DNA from: Basidiobolus meristosporus CBS 931.73
Taxonomy: Eukaryota; Fungi; Basidiobolomycota
Direction of reading: 5' to 3'
Assembly: GCA_002104905.1 (NCBI GenBank)
Contig: MCFE01000179.1
Location: 1-64,000 of the forward strand
Length of the DNA stretch: 64,000 bases
The translations under genes were made by a program, and so were the position numbers. Shown piece by piece: positions 1 through 13,216 of this stretch. Under the pieces are notes generated by a model that was not told where the DNA came from, ran no database searches, and saw only the letters and a list, made by a program, of their open reading frames with translations. How positions within the stretch are numbered: the first letter of the stretch is position 1; the number at the start of each line of letters is the position of its first letter.

Positions 1-726
1 ACCCGCTCAGCCAGAGTCAAAGCAGAAGAATCAGACGAAAAAGATACAGCTTCCACTGCTGTTCATATCCCGGAGCTTCCACCCATCCCTCGAACTGCCT
101 CGAAAGCCGATAAAGAGGGAAAGATGGATGATTGGAGCGACACTGCTAAGCAGACGGGTGGGCAAGGTGCTCTCCTCAAATCATTGAAGAAAGACAACCG
201 CCGTACGAACACACGCGCAACCACATCCGAAAACACCGTCGCCGTAATGATCGAAAGTGCTCCAAAGCCGTTAAATCGTTTGGAACTCACCGAAGCACAG
301 GCCGCATCGGAGCAGACAAGCACCACAACTCGAAGACGTCGCAGCGTGCGCACCACTGCCGCCACATCCTCACAGATCGATCAAGCCAGCAATGTAGAAT
401 TGGAGGAGCAGATTGTTACTCGTCAACGCGCAAGCCGCGCAGTAAAATCCAGCTCTGATGACGTTGCTCAATCCACTAAGCGAAGCACACGTAACGCAGC
501 GAAGAACAGTGGCGTGGAGCAATTAGAGGAGATGGATTCGAAACGCACTCCAAGCACGAGAAGCACCAACAAACGCAGCGCCTCAGTCGAGCCAGAAGTA
601 GCAGCATCCGTTACCCGAAAGCGCACCAAGAGATCCGCCACACCAATCGCCGACCACCAATCTACAAATCTCCAGAGCACAGCGATCTCGCCCCGTCAAA
701 CGCGATCAAGGACGCGAAAGAATTGA
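1..726 (+). CDS. 3' part of a low-complexity Ser/Thr/Arg-rich hypothetical protein (5' end outside window)
   Basis: Frame 1 is open from base 1 to the TGA ending at 726. The product is basic and repetitive (RSTR/KRS motifs) with no recognisable domain. Confidence 0.55.
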   Translation, partial: TRSARVKAEESDEKDTASTAVHIPELPPIPRTASKADKEGKMDDWSDTAKQTGGQGALLKSLKKDNRRTNTRATTSENTVAVMIESAPKPLNRLELTEAQAASEQTSTTTRRRRSVRTTAATSSQIDQASNVELEEQIVTRQRASRAVKSSSDDVAQSTKRSTRNAAKNSGVEQLEEMDSKRTPSTRSTNKRSASVEPEVAASVTRKRTKRSATPIADHQSTNLQSTAISPRQTRSRTRKN

Positions 727-1033
727 TTGATGTATCTTGTTAAATATAATCCTGTACCGCATTCACATGGTTTTCGTAGTATTTTGTGAATAAAGTTATT
801 TTTGTTTATTCCCCACGAGCACGATATCCTGATGGCCAAGTCGATCACCAGTAGTAAGGTACCAACATCACAATGTTCCAGCCACAAACCATCGGAATGG
901 CTAGACAATTTGCACAATCCAGAACGTCCTGCAAAAATAATATGAACAAATAAAGATGGCTTTGCACGCCAACGATATGAACGAGGCCGCGTCCTCTCAC
1001 TAAACCTATCTACAGTTGCTCCTTATCATACGG

Positions 1034-1392
1034 ATGTCGTCAGCAGCATATAACGAAGATCTCGAATTCAACGAAGACCGCGGTGGTTGGAGACGTGTGG
1101 TCAAAAAATCAAAAGAACAACCTCTCGTTGTTATAGGTAATAAGCGTCGGTGCCGCAATCGCTTTTGAATCTTACTTTAACATACATTCCCGCAATTCTA
1201 GGTACTTTGGCCACAGTTGCTACTTTACTGGGCGCTTCGTTGAATCTGAGAAGGGGAAATCGTGTTGTCGGACAGCAAATGCTGCGATATAGAATTTATG
1301 CACAAACGTTTACCCTTGTTGCCCTGGCCGGAGGATCGATATACTACACAAGTATGCGCGAAAACAAAGAAACCCAAGGCACTGCCGTTTAG
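1034..1392 (+). CDS. RCF1: HIG1-domain mitochondrial respiratory supercomplex factor (Rcf1-like), 2 exons
   Basis: ATG at 1034, GT-AG intron ~1137-1201. The spliced protein has KKSKEQPLVVIG...RRGNRVVGQQMLRYRIYAQTFTLVAL, the HIG1 signature. Confidence 0.85.
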
Positions 1393-1797
1393 TTGTATGA
1401 TGTGGGCTGGCCTGGTCTAGTAAATATAGAAGCGCAGACTTGGGGGTAACTCCAGGCAAGAGCCTCCTTTAATTTGGTCAGAAACGTTCTCGATGTATCT
1501 AGTGTGTACGGATATTAATAAACCTACAGAGTTTGAAACCTTCACATATTTTACTCATCTGAAACTGGCATTTTGTGGCTTGAGAATTATGTTACGTCGT
1601 CTACTGTCTTTTCGGCGGAAAACTGGGTTTATGCTAACTCTGACAATAATCGACTGTGAGATTGTGAAATGTGAAATGACACCTGATGACAGGATGTACC
1701 ATTTCTGTCATTGTGAGCATACCCATGAGAATATTTCATTGAGCGGTGATTTGCTTAAATGGCATGGCTACTGCACAACGTTGCCTAGAAACAAACC

Positions 1798-3264
1798 ATG
1801 TCTACGTTGAATATTAAAGATGTCCGGAAGCATTTCCCTGCTCTTTCAGGGGACTTTATTTACTTCGAAAACGCCGGTGGCTCTCAGGTAAGACTTTATA
1901 TCGGCTCCAATTCTGGTGACAATCAATGTCTGAGTGACCTCAATAAGGTGTTGGAGGCAGTTGCCCAGAAAATCGCTGACTATCTCTTGCACACAAACGT
2001 TCAACTGGCAAGTGAACCCGGCATTGCGATACTCCTTAGCGGTTTTAACATACATTTAGGGGGCCACATATCCTGTTAGTGTCGCTTCTTCAGAAAGAGT
2101 CAATGAAGGTGTGCGGGCGGCACAACTGTTTATGAACGCAAAAGAACCGTCCGAATGTATCTTTGGCTCTTCAACTACTCAACTCCTCGCGAACCTGTCC
2201 AAGGCTATGAGCAGTACCTTAAAACCAGGGCAGGAGGTGATTGTCACCAATACTGACCATGAAGGTTAGGAGAATCTTTGGTGAAAAGCAATTGTAGACC
2301 TGCGATAAGCTAACCGCCTTCTCGATAGCTAACATTGGCTCATTTGTTCGCATGGCCGAGAGTCATGGATTGAAGGTCGTTTATTGGAAAGCCGACCCCA
2401 AAACATTGCTTCTAAGTCTGGATGATTTGAGGGCGTTGCTCAACAGTAACACCCGATTGGTGGCTGTTACCCATTGCTCCAATATATTGGGAACCATCAA
2501 CGATATAAAGGCGATAGCAGAGCTAGTTCATGAGATTCCGGGAGCGGAGATATGTGTTGATGGTGTTGCATACAGCCCGCATAGGTATTGCCTCAGACAT
2601 ACGACCTTTCAGCAAAATATACTGACCATCCTCATTCAGACGGATTGATGTCCAAAAATTCCAGGTCGATTACTATGCGTTTAGCTGGTACAAGGTTTAT
2701 GGGCCGCACGTGTCGGTTCTCTATGCCCGTAAATCCTGTATGAAGGAGCTTGGAGCATTGAATCATTACTTCATACCCGAGGATGATTATCCATACAAAT
2801 TCCAGCCCGGGAATCTAAACTACGAGCTGACATATGCCACCAGTGCTGTGGTGGAATACTTCAATAGGCTAGGCGCCGAGGAAAATGTTTCCGCAAAGAT
2901 CATCCCTTCGAACCTTGACAGAGCCTTCCAAAAAGTCGCCGCCCATGAGGAGACCCTTGCCAAAAGGCTTCTGGATTTCTTGAACTCCAAGGAAAGTGTC
3001 AGGATCATAGGACTGGCTGATTCGGATCCACAGTTGCGCGTTCCTACAATCAGTTTCGTTGTCAAGGGCATGGATAGTGACCAGGTGGTTTCTCACGTGG
3101 ACAACTCCCAGAAAATCGGGATCCGTTGGGGGCATATGTACGCCAAGAGGTTGGTCGAGGATCTACTAGGACTGGTTGGAGGAGTGGTTCGCGTCTCCAT
3201 GGTTCATTACAATACAGTCGAGGAGGTCGATCAGTTGATTCGTGTTTTGGACGAGATATTGTAA
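1798..3264 (+). CDS. Class-V PLP-dependent aminotransferase / cysteine desulfurase-family protein, multi-exon
   Basis: Motifs VRKHFPAL, YFENAGGSQ, TNTDHE, VTHCSNILG, VDGVAY, FSWYKVYGPH, GVVRVSMVHYNT. Introns include 1888-1947 (GT-AG) and 2008-2059 (GC-AG). Confidence 0.9.
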
Positions 3265-3564
3265 GTTCGTGGTGAATAAACATAGTACAGATATTTATTG
3301 GACAAGTCCTTCCTGGAGTATAGATGATTGTTTCAATATGAACAATGAAGATATTTACGACGTACTCGATCTACGTTACCTCTTGCAGCACGAGGAAACC
3401 AACGTGTGAGCAACTGCAACACGTCGAGAAAGCCTCACCGAAGGTGGTATTTGAGGTTATTGTCGCGTTTTTCTGGAATTTCGTGAAATATAATAAGTGG
3501 CTGGCCGGACTGACCACATACAAAGCGTCATATATAACAAGAGTGATGCTTGTACATCTTGATT

Positions 3565-4364
3565 CTAGCTAGGATCCTGGCTCACACGTTCAGCTTCATT
3601 CTCTGGAGATATGGTGGTACTGCTGGACTGATGATTTATCCAGAATGATGAATTTAAATCATTCGCCGCAGGATTCACGTGCACTTGATTGTGGAAAGGG
3701 GTTGGCTTTGGTCTTTTCGGCGTTTTTACTACGTGAAGGATATTGGTGGCAGAAAGCCTGCTCATCAGCCAAGAGGTAGTTCTGGAGAACGTTGTTGGAG
3801 TAGCAGACAGGTCTGTGGTAGACAGCTGGCCCCCCAAACGGTCGAGGTGATACGGGTTTTTGTATAACAACGGGCCATTTTGCGCCGACTTCTCTTTAGT
3901 CGAACCCATTGCGAGCGACTGCAGGTGATCACCGGCATATGTAGTAAAGGTAATTGCCTGTCCTTGCCAAAGTTCATCGGAAGCAAACGGATCTTGATAG
4001 GCCGAGATGTTGTGCGAGAATCTGGTTCCCGCCTCATATCTCTAGTTTAGTTTGAAAGTTAGAAGGGCAGATTTATCGAAACATGTAAAGAAACGGAAAC
4101 CTCTGCAGAATGATGTTTTTGCTTATGGATCCAGACAATTAAATAGATCAACACCCCTAGAGTAATTACCAGCGTCGCCGAGACGCCAATCAACGAACCA
4201 ACCAAAGCATCTTGGATCATTTCTTTGCTGGCCAAAATCTTCTGATAGTCCACAGGAGAAGAGGCGATCTCCATCCCGTTCGACACGGATACAATATTCC
4301 CCCTCCCTATAGAGCTATCAATGAGCGATGCTTCCGCAGATACAATTTTCTCAGTGGATTGCAT
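3565..4364 (-). CDS. Hypothetical single-pass membrane protein; 5' end uncertain
   Basis: ORF 4059-4364 has a hydrophobic helix (LVGSLIGVSATLVITLGVLIYLIVWI) followed by HKQKHH. A plausible intron joins it to the frame ending at 3565. Confidence 0.4.
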
Positions 4365-5349
4365 ATCTACCGCACAAGGTAAGGGAGTATGATGGAGGCT
4401 GTAAAAGGCTATGTGCCCGTAGTGAAGAAACTTAAGGAAACCAAATTGACAACGGAAGTGCCATTCGCTACATACGAAGGCGAGACATTGAGGATATTTA
4501 AGACAACCATGGAGTTTATTGTCATTAGATGTTTTGACGGAGGTTACTCTGCAGATTATTCAACAACATGCTTGAATTGCCCGGTGACTTGCTACTTGCC
4601 CCAGAAACACCATCCATATTGTTGATGTTGCTGTTTTGATGGTCATTCCTCTGGTTGTGATTTGCACAGCGCATCAGGCACATACTGTTGTCACTACAGA
4701 TGGTTGCATCTGGCCTAAGGACTTCGGGCAGTTCCTGATTGCACATTAAATCAACACATACTCTGCTAGGCCGTCTCGCATGGAGCATTTTTCCAGAGGC
4801 GATCTCGTTTGAAAGGGTCACCGATTTGATGAATATGCACTCTGAAACAAGTGGAGCGTGGTATGAGGTTTAACATACATGATGGACCGGGCCACTCGAC
4901 TAATTTTCCTTGACTCTGAAGTCTGTGCGGCAAGCATTCCATCAACATCGTACCCTCATCCGCCGAGCTACCACTGTAATGGGTAGATGTCATTGGGGGT
5001 GAGGCGCCATGGGAGATAACCAGCAGACTTTGTAATTCATCCAATACCAAACCATAAACATGATTGATCTTGGAGTGAATGCTCAATAATCTCATGCCAA
5101 ATCAAATCGTATCCAAACCTGATTAGTAAATTCAAGACGTGACGTTAATTACTGAGTTACATCATGGTCAACCTCAGATTTCATAGCATCCCTCCCTCCC
5201 TCACATAAGGTGACTCAAAAGTGTAACAGCAAACAAGGTGTGTCCGCATAGCACCAACTTGTTTTGGTATCTTCTGAATCAACAGCAGGGCAACCCCTTT
5301 GTATTGGCTCTAACCTTCTCTTTCTCCAGATCGGAGGTAGATATTTGAA

Positions 5350-6428
5350 ATGTTGCCGACTTATCGTGCTAGTACTTCGTTGAATGGAAAGCATCGGAAG
5401 CAGATTCCAGTTCAGACTTTCAGTCCGAGAAGACAACCTGGCCAAATGCTTGGAAAGGTATTCAGCTTCAAGGATATGGATTTCCCTACTGCATTACGAC
5501 AAATGATTTATCTATGCATCACACCTCAAAGAGTGTAAGTCGCTATCTGATCCTCTGCTTTCCGACTGCGGAATTATTCATCAATTTAACATCGCAGGTA
5601 TCGCAGCATCTATCAGCACAAACGTAAGTAGATTCCCAGACATTCTCCTCTGCCACTGCGATGCCTCCGCTAACTGCCTTCATCGCCACCAGAAACTACA
5701 AATAGATGGGCTCGCAAAGATCCTGCATTTATAATCCTGCTTGCCATTTTCCTATCAAGTGAGTGTATTTTCCCTCTGGTCAGCCAGGTAACCAACTAAA
5801 TGACTGCCGGGATAATTATAGTTTCTGGAATAGCATACGGGATAAGCTATGGGCGGGGCTTCACGGCAATTGCTCGATTGATCCTTCGTATAGTGTGTAT
5901 CGACTTCATCGCCGTGGGGATTGTCATTTCCGTTCTATGCCGGTATTTCTCCATGGCTCGCTCCTATTCCAAGAACTCTCAACTAAACCAATCCTAGGTT
6001 GTTCGCCAATCGTTTTCTCAAGCACCAATCTATATACGCAGTGGATCAGTCCATTGAGTGGAGCTATGCTTTTGATATCCACTGCAACTCTTTTCTGCCT
6101 ATATACCTTATACTCTACGTTCTACAATTCTTCTTCCTTCCGATCCTCAATACTGACTCGTGGATATCCCTTTTCATTGGAAACCTGATGTATCTAGTGG
6201 CATTCTCATACTACAACTATTTGACCTTCCTCGGCTATAAAGGTTTGTACTTCTGCGCCATGACATCCCCCACTAAGCACCTACTTAAACGACTTCCTAG
6301 CTCTGCCGTTTCTTGCTCATACCGAAATCTTTCTTTACCCACTCCCCATTCTTGCTATCTTGTTTGTCTTGTCATTGTTTGGATTTAACCTTAGCCGTCA
6401 CGTTATCACTTGGTACTTCCATTCATGA
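5350..6428 (+). CDS. GMH1: UNC-50/Gmh1 family Golgi membrane protein, multi-exon
   Basis: Spliced product MLPT...MDF..QMIYLCITPQRVYR..HKQTTNRWARKDPAF...EWSYAFDIHCNSF...LTFLGYKALPFL. GT-AG introns are readable. Confidence 0.9.
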
Positions 6429-6914
6429 CCGAATGTCTTCATGGTCCAGATTTCAAGTGTGGCTACTCTCTCCTCGAATGAAAGGCCACCCCTAATGTCA
6501 AAACCTCTTCTGACCATGGAACTGGATTAAAGAATGCGTATTTAATCACACCTCTACAACTTACATTCTTCAGCTTTAGTATACGTCTGGTCTAGGGGAG
6601 AAAATAACCTCCTTTGGCTACATAGCTCTGGAAACCAAAGCCCTGAAATCGAATCGACGCCGTGGTTATTGTAGATATGTGGTGAAGTTTTCGGAAGGAT
6701 TCTGCGATACGCATCTTTATTGTAGTACTTGGGTCAATAACTCATGAAACCCCTCATTCCAATGAGATGTCCGCGATTATCAGCAATAAAAACAACCATT
6801 AATATTTTATTACACATACAACTATTGATTGAGACGAAAAATATGTATTTCTAGTGTTTTTACGAAATTTTACAAAATTTTCAATTACCACGTGCAGTTC
6901 CACTCCGACCAGTC

Positions 6915-8888
6915 TTAACGTAGCGGTGTTAGTTCCCCTGTAAGCTCGTGTATGTGATGATGTTGCAACTCATCATGGTGTTGCCCAAGAAGGTCCACTT
7001 CGTCCCCATGATGGATACTCTCATGAGCTTGATAGTCGTGCGGCATTCCATGCTCGGAATGGCCGACTTCCTCTTGATGGATTGAGTCGCTTTCTGAGGT
7101 CAGGCTTGCGGCTTCAGCGACAGTGAAGTAGCTGGGGTCTAGGAGCTATACAATCTTGTAAATAACTGTAGCTGCTACGTGACAGCATGCGAATATGGTT
7201 ACCTCTGGGTGGCCGTGTCGGAAGTGATATGCCAATCCATTAGGATTCATGTAGGTTTTGTTACATCCTTCAACTGAACAGATGAACGGTTTTTCCATTG
7301 CATCATGTTGAGGTCCATGAGCATGGTTCTGATGATACTGCAGTCCATTAGGATTACGATAACTCTTGTCGCACCCTTCATGTGGACACCTATATGGTTT
7401 TTCTATGTGGTCTAGTCCCCCATGAAGGCCAGAGTTACCATGGCCCGACGTGTTTTTGGCATGCTTGATATGATACGTCAATCCATTGATGTTCTTGTAC
7501 TTTTTGTTGCATCCAAATAAGCCACATCTATAGGGTCGTAGAGACGAATCTATACGAGGGTGAGAGACCTTCATGTGATAAAAAAGGCCGCTCGAATCTC
7601 CAAAGCTCGCTATACAATTATCGATACCACATCCGTAAGGTTGGCCTTCGTGCTCGCCTAGCTGTAGTTCCGACTGATGCGACAGAGTATCAGGGTGGCT
7701 CATGACAGAGAAATCGGCACCAACTATGGACTCCGGGGTGTGAAGGATTCCGTTTGTCAACTTGCTTTCAACTGGCGCCATTAAAGCCTGAGTAAGCTTT
7801 TCCTTCTCTCGACTCTTTTGGTTCATGCTCCTTTGGATTTTTCTCCAACGGTTTCGACAGTGAAGGCCGGGTCTTCCGGGAAAGTACTGGGAAATCTTCT
7901 GCCACTGGCTTCCCAGCTCTTCGTACCTTTCGAGCAGAAGTCCATCCTCCTCGGGTGACCACTCAGCCCTATCGATCGAAGGGTCCAAGCTTTCTCGCCA
8001 CCGCTTGGCGCATTGGTCGTCGGTACGTCCAGGTATTGCCTCAGCTATTTTACTCCATTGACCTTGATACCTCTCAACACCTTGTCGAAGAAGCTCATCC
8101 TCTTCAGGAGTCCAAGCTCCTTTGCGTAAGCTAGGATCCAGCGAATGGAACCATCTTTTGCGGCAATTCTTGTTGGTTCGCCCAGGAACACAAGCGGCAA
8201 TTTTAGCCCATTTTTCAGTTTTGTCACCATAAAGCTGAACCGCCAATCTCAGTAAATTATCTTCCTCAGGAGTCCACGCACAGCGTTCTCGATCCTTTCT
8301 TTTGCATGGAATCACTGAGTTGGACACCATCGCTGTGGCCACCCCCGATTGAAGTGAAGTCATATTCCCAGCAGAGGCTGGTAAGCTAACGAGGCCTGCC
8401 AAGGTCTGTAGGTTGGTATCCAGGCTGGCAAGTATAGATGGGTTCATCGTTGAAAAGTCGTCGGGATTCAGCTACCCAAAGGTGTCTTTAGTTTAAGGTT
8501 TGTAACCCTGCAGAAATGGAATACCATCAACTTACAGAGGTTTCGTGGCCTTCGTGCTTGATATGGGAATGCATGATATCATGATTCACTTCGGGATTCT
8601 GGTGTAGGCCTGAGGAATGACCAAGTATGTGGTGCTGAACAGCAATCCCCCCATGATCGTCATAAGCCGAAATGTCATGTTGCGAAGGCTCTTGCTCAAA
8701 GGCTAAGGCTTCGTGTTCATAAGCGGCTGCGAGGTCAGCGCTGTCAGGGGAAGCATCTGGTTGGTACTTCAATAAATCGAGAAAATATTAGGATACAGGT
8801 CTAAACTACGTGTCGGGGACTAGTTTTTATAGGAGTCCCGTAATAAAAATTTTGTTGATATCCAAGTACGTCGCTGAAGACTTACCAT
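6915..8888 (-). CDS. Transcription factor with three Myb/SANT repeats plus four C2H2 zinc fingers
   Basis: Myb repeats WTPEEDNLL, WTPEEDELL and WSPEEDGLL with GRT..C..RW. C2H2 fingers include CxxxxCxKxYxNxNGLxYH. The first coding exon is probably ATG alone (8886-8888); the last exon ends ...GELTPLR*. Confidence 0.85.
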
Positions 8889-9304
8889 AACAGCAGCTTC
8901 TGTGTTTTAAACTCGCCGAGAAACTTTTGGTTGAGTTAGCACGGAGCAGAGACGAGTCAAAAAGTTTTCTAAACATTCTTTGTGTTTGATACTTCGAGAA
9001 AAAAAAGATTCTTGGAGTTGGCCAATTATCGATGGATCGACTCGAACTGACGAATCCCATAGGCGACACATATTCTAGAATACATTCGAGGACACTTGAC
9101 CTCCGCGAATCTCATTGATCGGGAAGGTGGAGTTTTTGCGATCGAGGTAGCTTTATTAAAGTGAGACTGACAACGGTGATTTCCGTAAATATCTACACAT
9201 AAAATATAATACTATTCTAATATTCACCATCATCGTTGTCATCTGCTTCTTGCACTGGCCGAGGTGGGGCTCCCGTCCGAGCTAGCGTTCATATACCATA
9301 CCGA

Positions 9305-10120
9305 TCAATTGTTCTTCCAGAGTCCACCATCGAGATCTAGCGATTTGTAGGAATCGGAGATTGAGCCGGAGTAGCCGGAGTAGCCAGAGCCAGAGCCCAA
9401 GCCGGTGCTGAAGTCGGTGTTGCCTCTATCAAACCCGGAATAGTCATCGAACTTGGCGAACTTGCCACCATCGAGGCCACTTCCGTACTTGAAGTCATCG
9501 AAGCCGTCCTTCTTGAAGCCACCGATGTATTTGGAGTCGAAGCGGTTGCCGTACTTGCTGCCGCCATAGTTAGATTTTGAGCTGAATTTTGCTTCGAGGT
9601 CCTTGTAGTTGCCGGTTCCTCGTCCAGCTAGTGCTGCAGACAAGCCTAGCTTAAAGCCTTTACCATAGCCGTATTTCTTCCCCACGCCTCGGCCATCGTC
9701 ATAGCCACGCTTTTCACCACTGGCTTCGCCATCTCGCTCACCATTCTCGAATCCCTCCCAGTACCCATCATCAAGACCCCGCTGAGCTCCCTCAGAACGC
9801 CCGTTTCTCGCGCCTTCGGCTTGGCCTTCTTTGGAGCCCTCTGCAAATCCTTTCCAGTAGCCTTTGTCTTTTCCATCCTCGTAACCCTCTTTGATGGCAG
9901 CCTTTCGCCCGTCTTCAAATCCACGATCATAATCGTTACCATCATCATCACCGCCATCATCGCCATGCTTATGACCAGGTCCGCCATAGCCCCCGTTGCC
10001 TTTCTTGCCTACGGAGACACTAGGCCCCTTGGAAACTGAGTCGTAAGAGCCAGGCAATGGACTCGCAATGACGATAGAGGCTATCGACAAGCACACAATA
10101 GCACTGGATGTGAAGTACAT
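9305..10120 (-). CDS. Intronless secreted Gly/Asp/Tyr/Lys-rich protein with a long GxxxG repeat tract
   Basis: 271-aa ORF with signal peptide MYFTSSAIVCLSIASIVIA-SP. Residues 67-162 have Gly at every fourth position. Confidence 0.8.
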   Translation of the reverse strand: MYFTSSAIVCLSIASIVIASPLPGSYDSVSKGPSVSVGKKGNGGYGGPGHKHGDDGGDDDGNDYDRGFEDGRKAAIKEGYEDGKDKGYWKGFAEGSKEGQAEGARNGRSEGAQRGLDDGYWEGFENGERDGEASGEKRGYDDGRGVGKKYGYGKGFKLGLSAALAGRGTGNYKDLEAKFSSKSNYGGSKYGNRFDSKYIGGFKKDGFDDFKYGSGLDGGKFAKFDDYSGFDRGNTDFSTGLGSGSGYSGYSGSISDSYKSLDLDGGLWKNN

Positions 10121-10737
10121 TTTCGAAGCGAGAGAAGGAAGACAAGGTTGACACTAATGGAAGTGAATGCAGAACAGATCGCACACAATGGCTTGCGTAG
10201 ATGAAGAAATCAAGTCCCGTCGCAGCCGAAATTTATATCAAACCAGGCACGACTGCTGGCTATCCGATTGGAGTCAGGGGCTACGACTATGTAGTGGAAG
10301 TTATGAACGGGCAGTTATTCAGCCATCGTTTTATTTTCACAGTGAAATTTGAAACGGAGTTGCCTGTTTCGATGGGCATCAGCAGTGCGTACGTTTCAAC
10401 CTCGGGCTCATGAAACACCTACCAAACCTTTCGGTATTGTAATCCCTCGCTGCAGATCAGGAGCGCTGGCTCGGATCGCCCCTCGCCACGGATTGTTGTG
10501 GCGGCCACCGCTAGGCAGGTGATCCTGGATATGCAATGGCGACAGCCTTACCAGAAACCTGGAGTTTGGTTGATGCTGTATAGGTGATTACACTGTGTAC
10601 ATGGGAATGCACTCATCATTGCTATATTTGTTGGTGATGCCCGACACGTTGAAAATTTTGTCATGAAAAAAATCCATTGAAAACGACCCTAGGATGCATC
10701 ACGTTCTGCTTGGTACTGAACCAAACGTCCAGCTTCG

Positions 10738-11364
10738 ATGAATCTGCTCTCCCCAACCACCCGCATAAAGTATGAGTGAACCAATTCAGTTCTTCCCCTC
10801 GAGCCCTTCCAACCCGTGTTTAACCTGAATATCTGGGCTATTATAGAGTTAGTTCCACTCTGAACAAGGACGTGACGAACTTTGGCAAACAGTTCTTGGT
10901 TGATGGTGATGATGAAACCTGTTGGAATTCTGAGCAAGTAAACACCCTTCCCTTCGCACCTGTTGTCCGTGCTGTTTCTGACCCCTGTCTAACCTAGGGA
11001 TCACCCCAATACATTCTGATTGATCTACAAACACCCACATCGGTACAAGGGCTTCGTATCATGTTTCAGGGAGGGTTTGTTGGTAAGGAATGCCAGGCTT
11101 TGGGTGCCGTCGAGGGAAATGACTACATCTCCCTCGGGAGATTCTACCCAGAGGATAACAATGATGTGCAAATATCCTTTTTAGCTGGTTGCCTATTTTA
11201 TTTTCCGGTTTACGCGGATGTTTGCTTCCTTAACCGTTCAGCACGAATTTTCTCTTGAGGACCAAACCCCGGTCAAGAAGCTCAAGCTAGTCTTCGAATC
11301 GAGTACCGACTTTTTCGGTCGTATCACCATCTATCGCCTGGAGGTTATCGGTGAAAAGAAATGA
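10738..11364 (+). CDS. NR2C2AP: NR2C2-associated protein (TRA16) homologue, galactose-binding-like fold, 4 exons
   Basis: Spliced product MNLLSPTTRIKVSSTLNKDVTNFGKQFLVDGDDETCWNSEQGSPQ...FQGGFVG...FYPEDNNDVQEFSL...STDFFGRITIYRLEVIG matches the family motifs. Confidence 0.9.
11172..11244 (+). other. U12-type (minor spliceosome) AT-AC intron in NR2C2AP
   Basis: 5' site ATATCCTTT at 11172, branch site TTCCTTAAC at 11226-11234, terminal AC at 11243-11244. Removal joins ...DNNDVQ to EFSLEDQ... in phase 0. Confidence 0.92.
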
Positions 11365-11992
11365 CCTGTTGGCACCAGCAATCTTGGCACTTTCACTGAA
11401 CAGTACTGATGTGGCTATCAATAATCACGACCAAGCCGAGGAAATTCAGTAGCGAGGGTATCTGGGGAGGGGAGGGAGGCCAGACCTAGTGTATTTAGCA
11501 ACATTAATAAACGTATGCCAGGGATTTCCCTATCCAGAGAGCACGCACATCGCCCTGTAGGTAGAATAGAGCATCGCACCAGGCACTCCTGGGAGTGCGG
11601 TATATCCGCCTCGGAAATTCAAGTCAAAAACACGGAGCTTGTTGCGCTCCACCAAGATCGATAGGCACTATCGCGCATGGATCCCTGTGAACTGGGTGTC
11701 AGCCTGAGCTTGGATTCAGGTGGGGGTTTCCCCTTCTCTACCCGTATGCGAGACAGCGTTTCGGCCGTCGGAGAATGTGACAGATCCCATGGTTGAGGAC
11801 TGGTGGTGGTGAATGCAACGATCAGAGTGCAACTGATGCATGCCAAACATGGATATTACTTCAAACAACCCGACTCCGAGGAGAGCATCAGGACAGTCTT
11901 TTTATTTACAGATTTTCTTAATTGATGGATTGGTGAAATGACTTGAATCAGAATTATCACTGCGAGATGTGTATGGATCAAGGGCCCAGTGT

Positions 11993-13216
<1,224 letters not shown>

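Noticed and set aside
4389-5100. Short ORFs possibly forming upstream exons of the 3565-4364 gene
   Set aside because: No consistent splice path or domain found.
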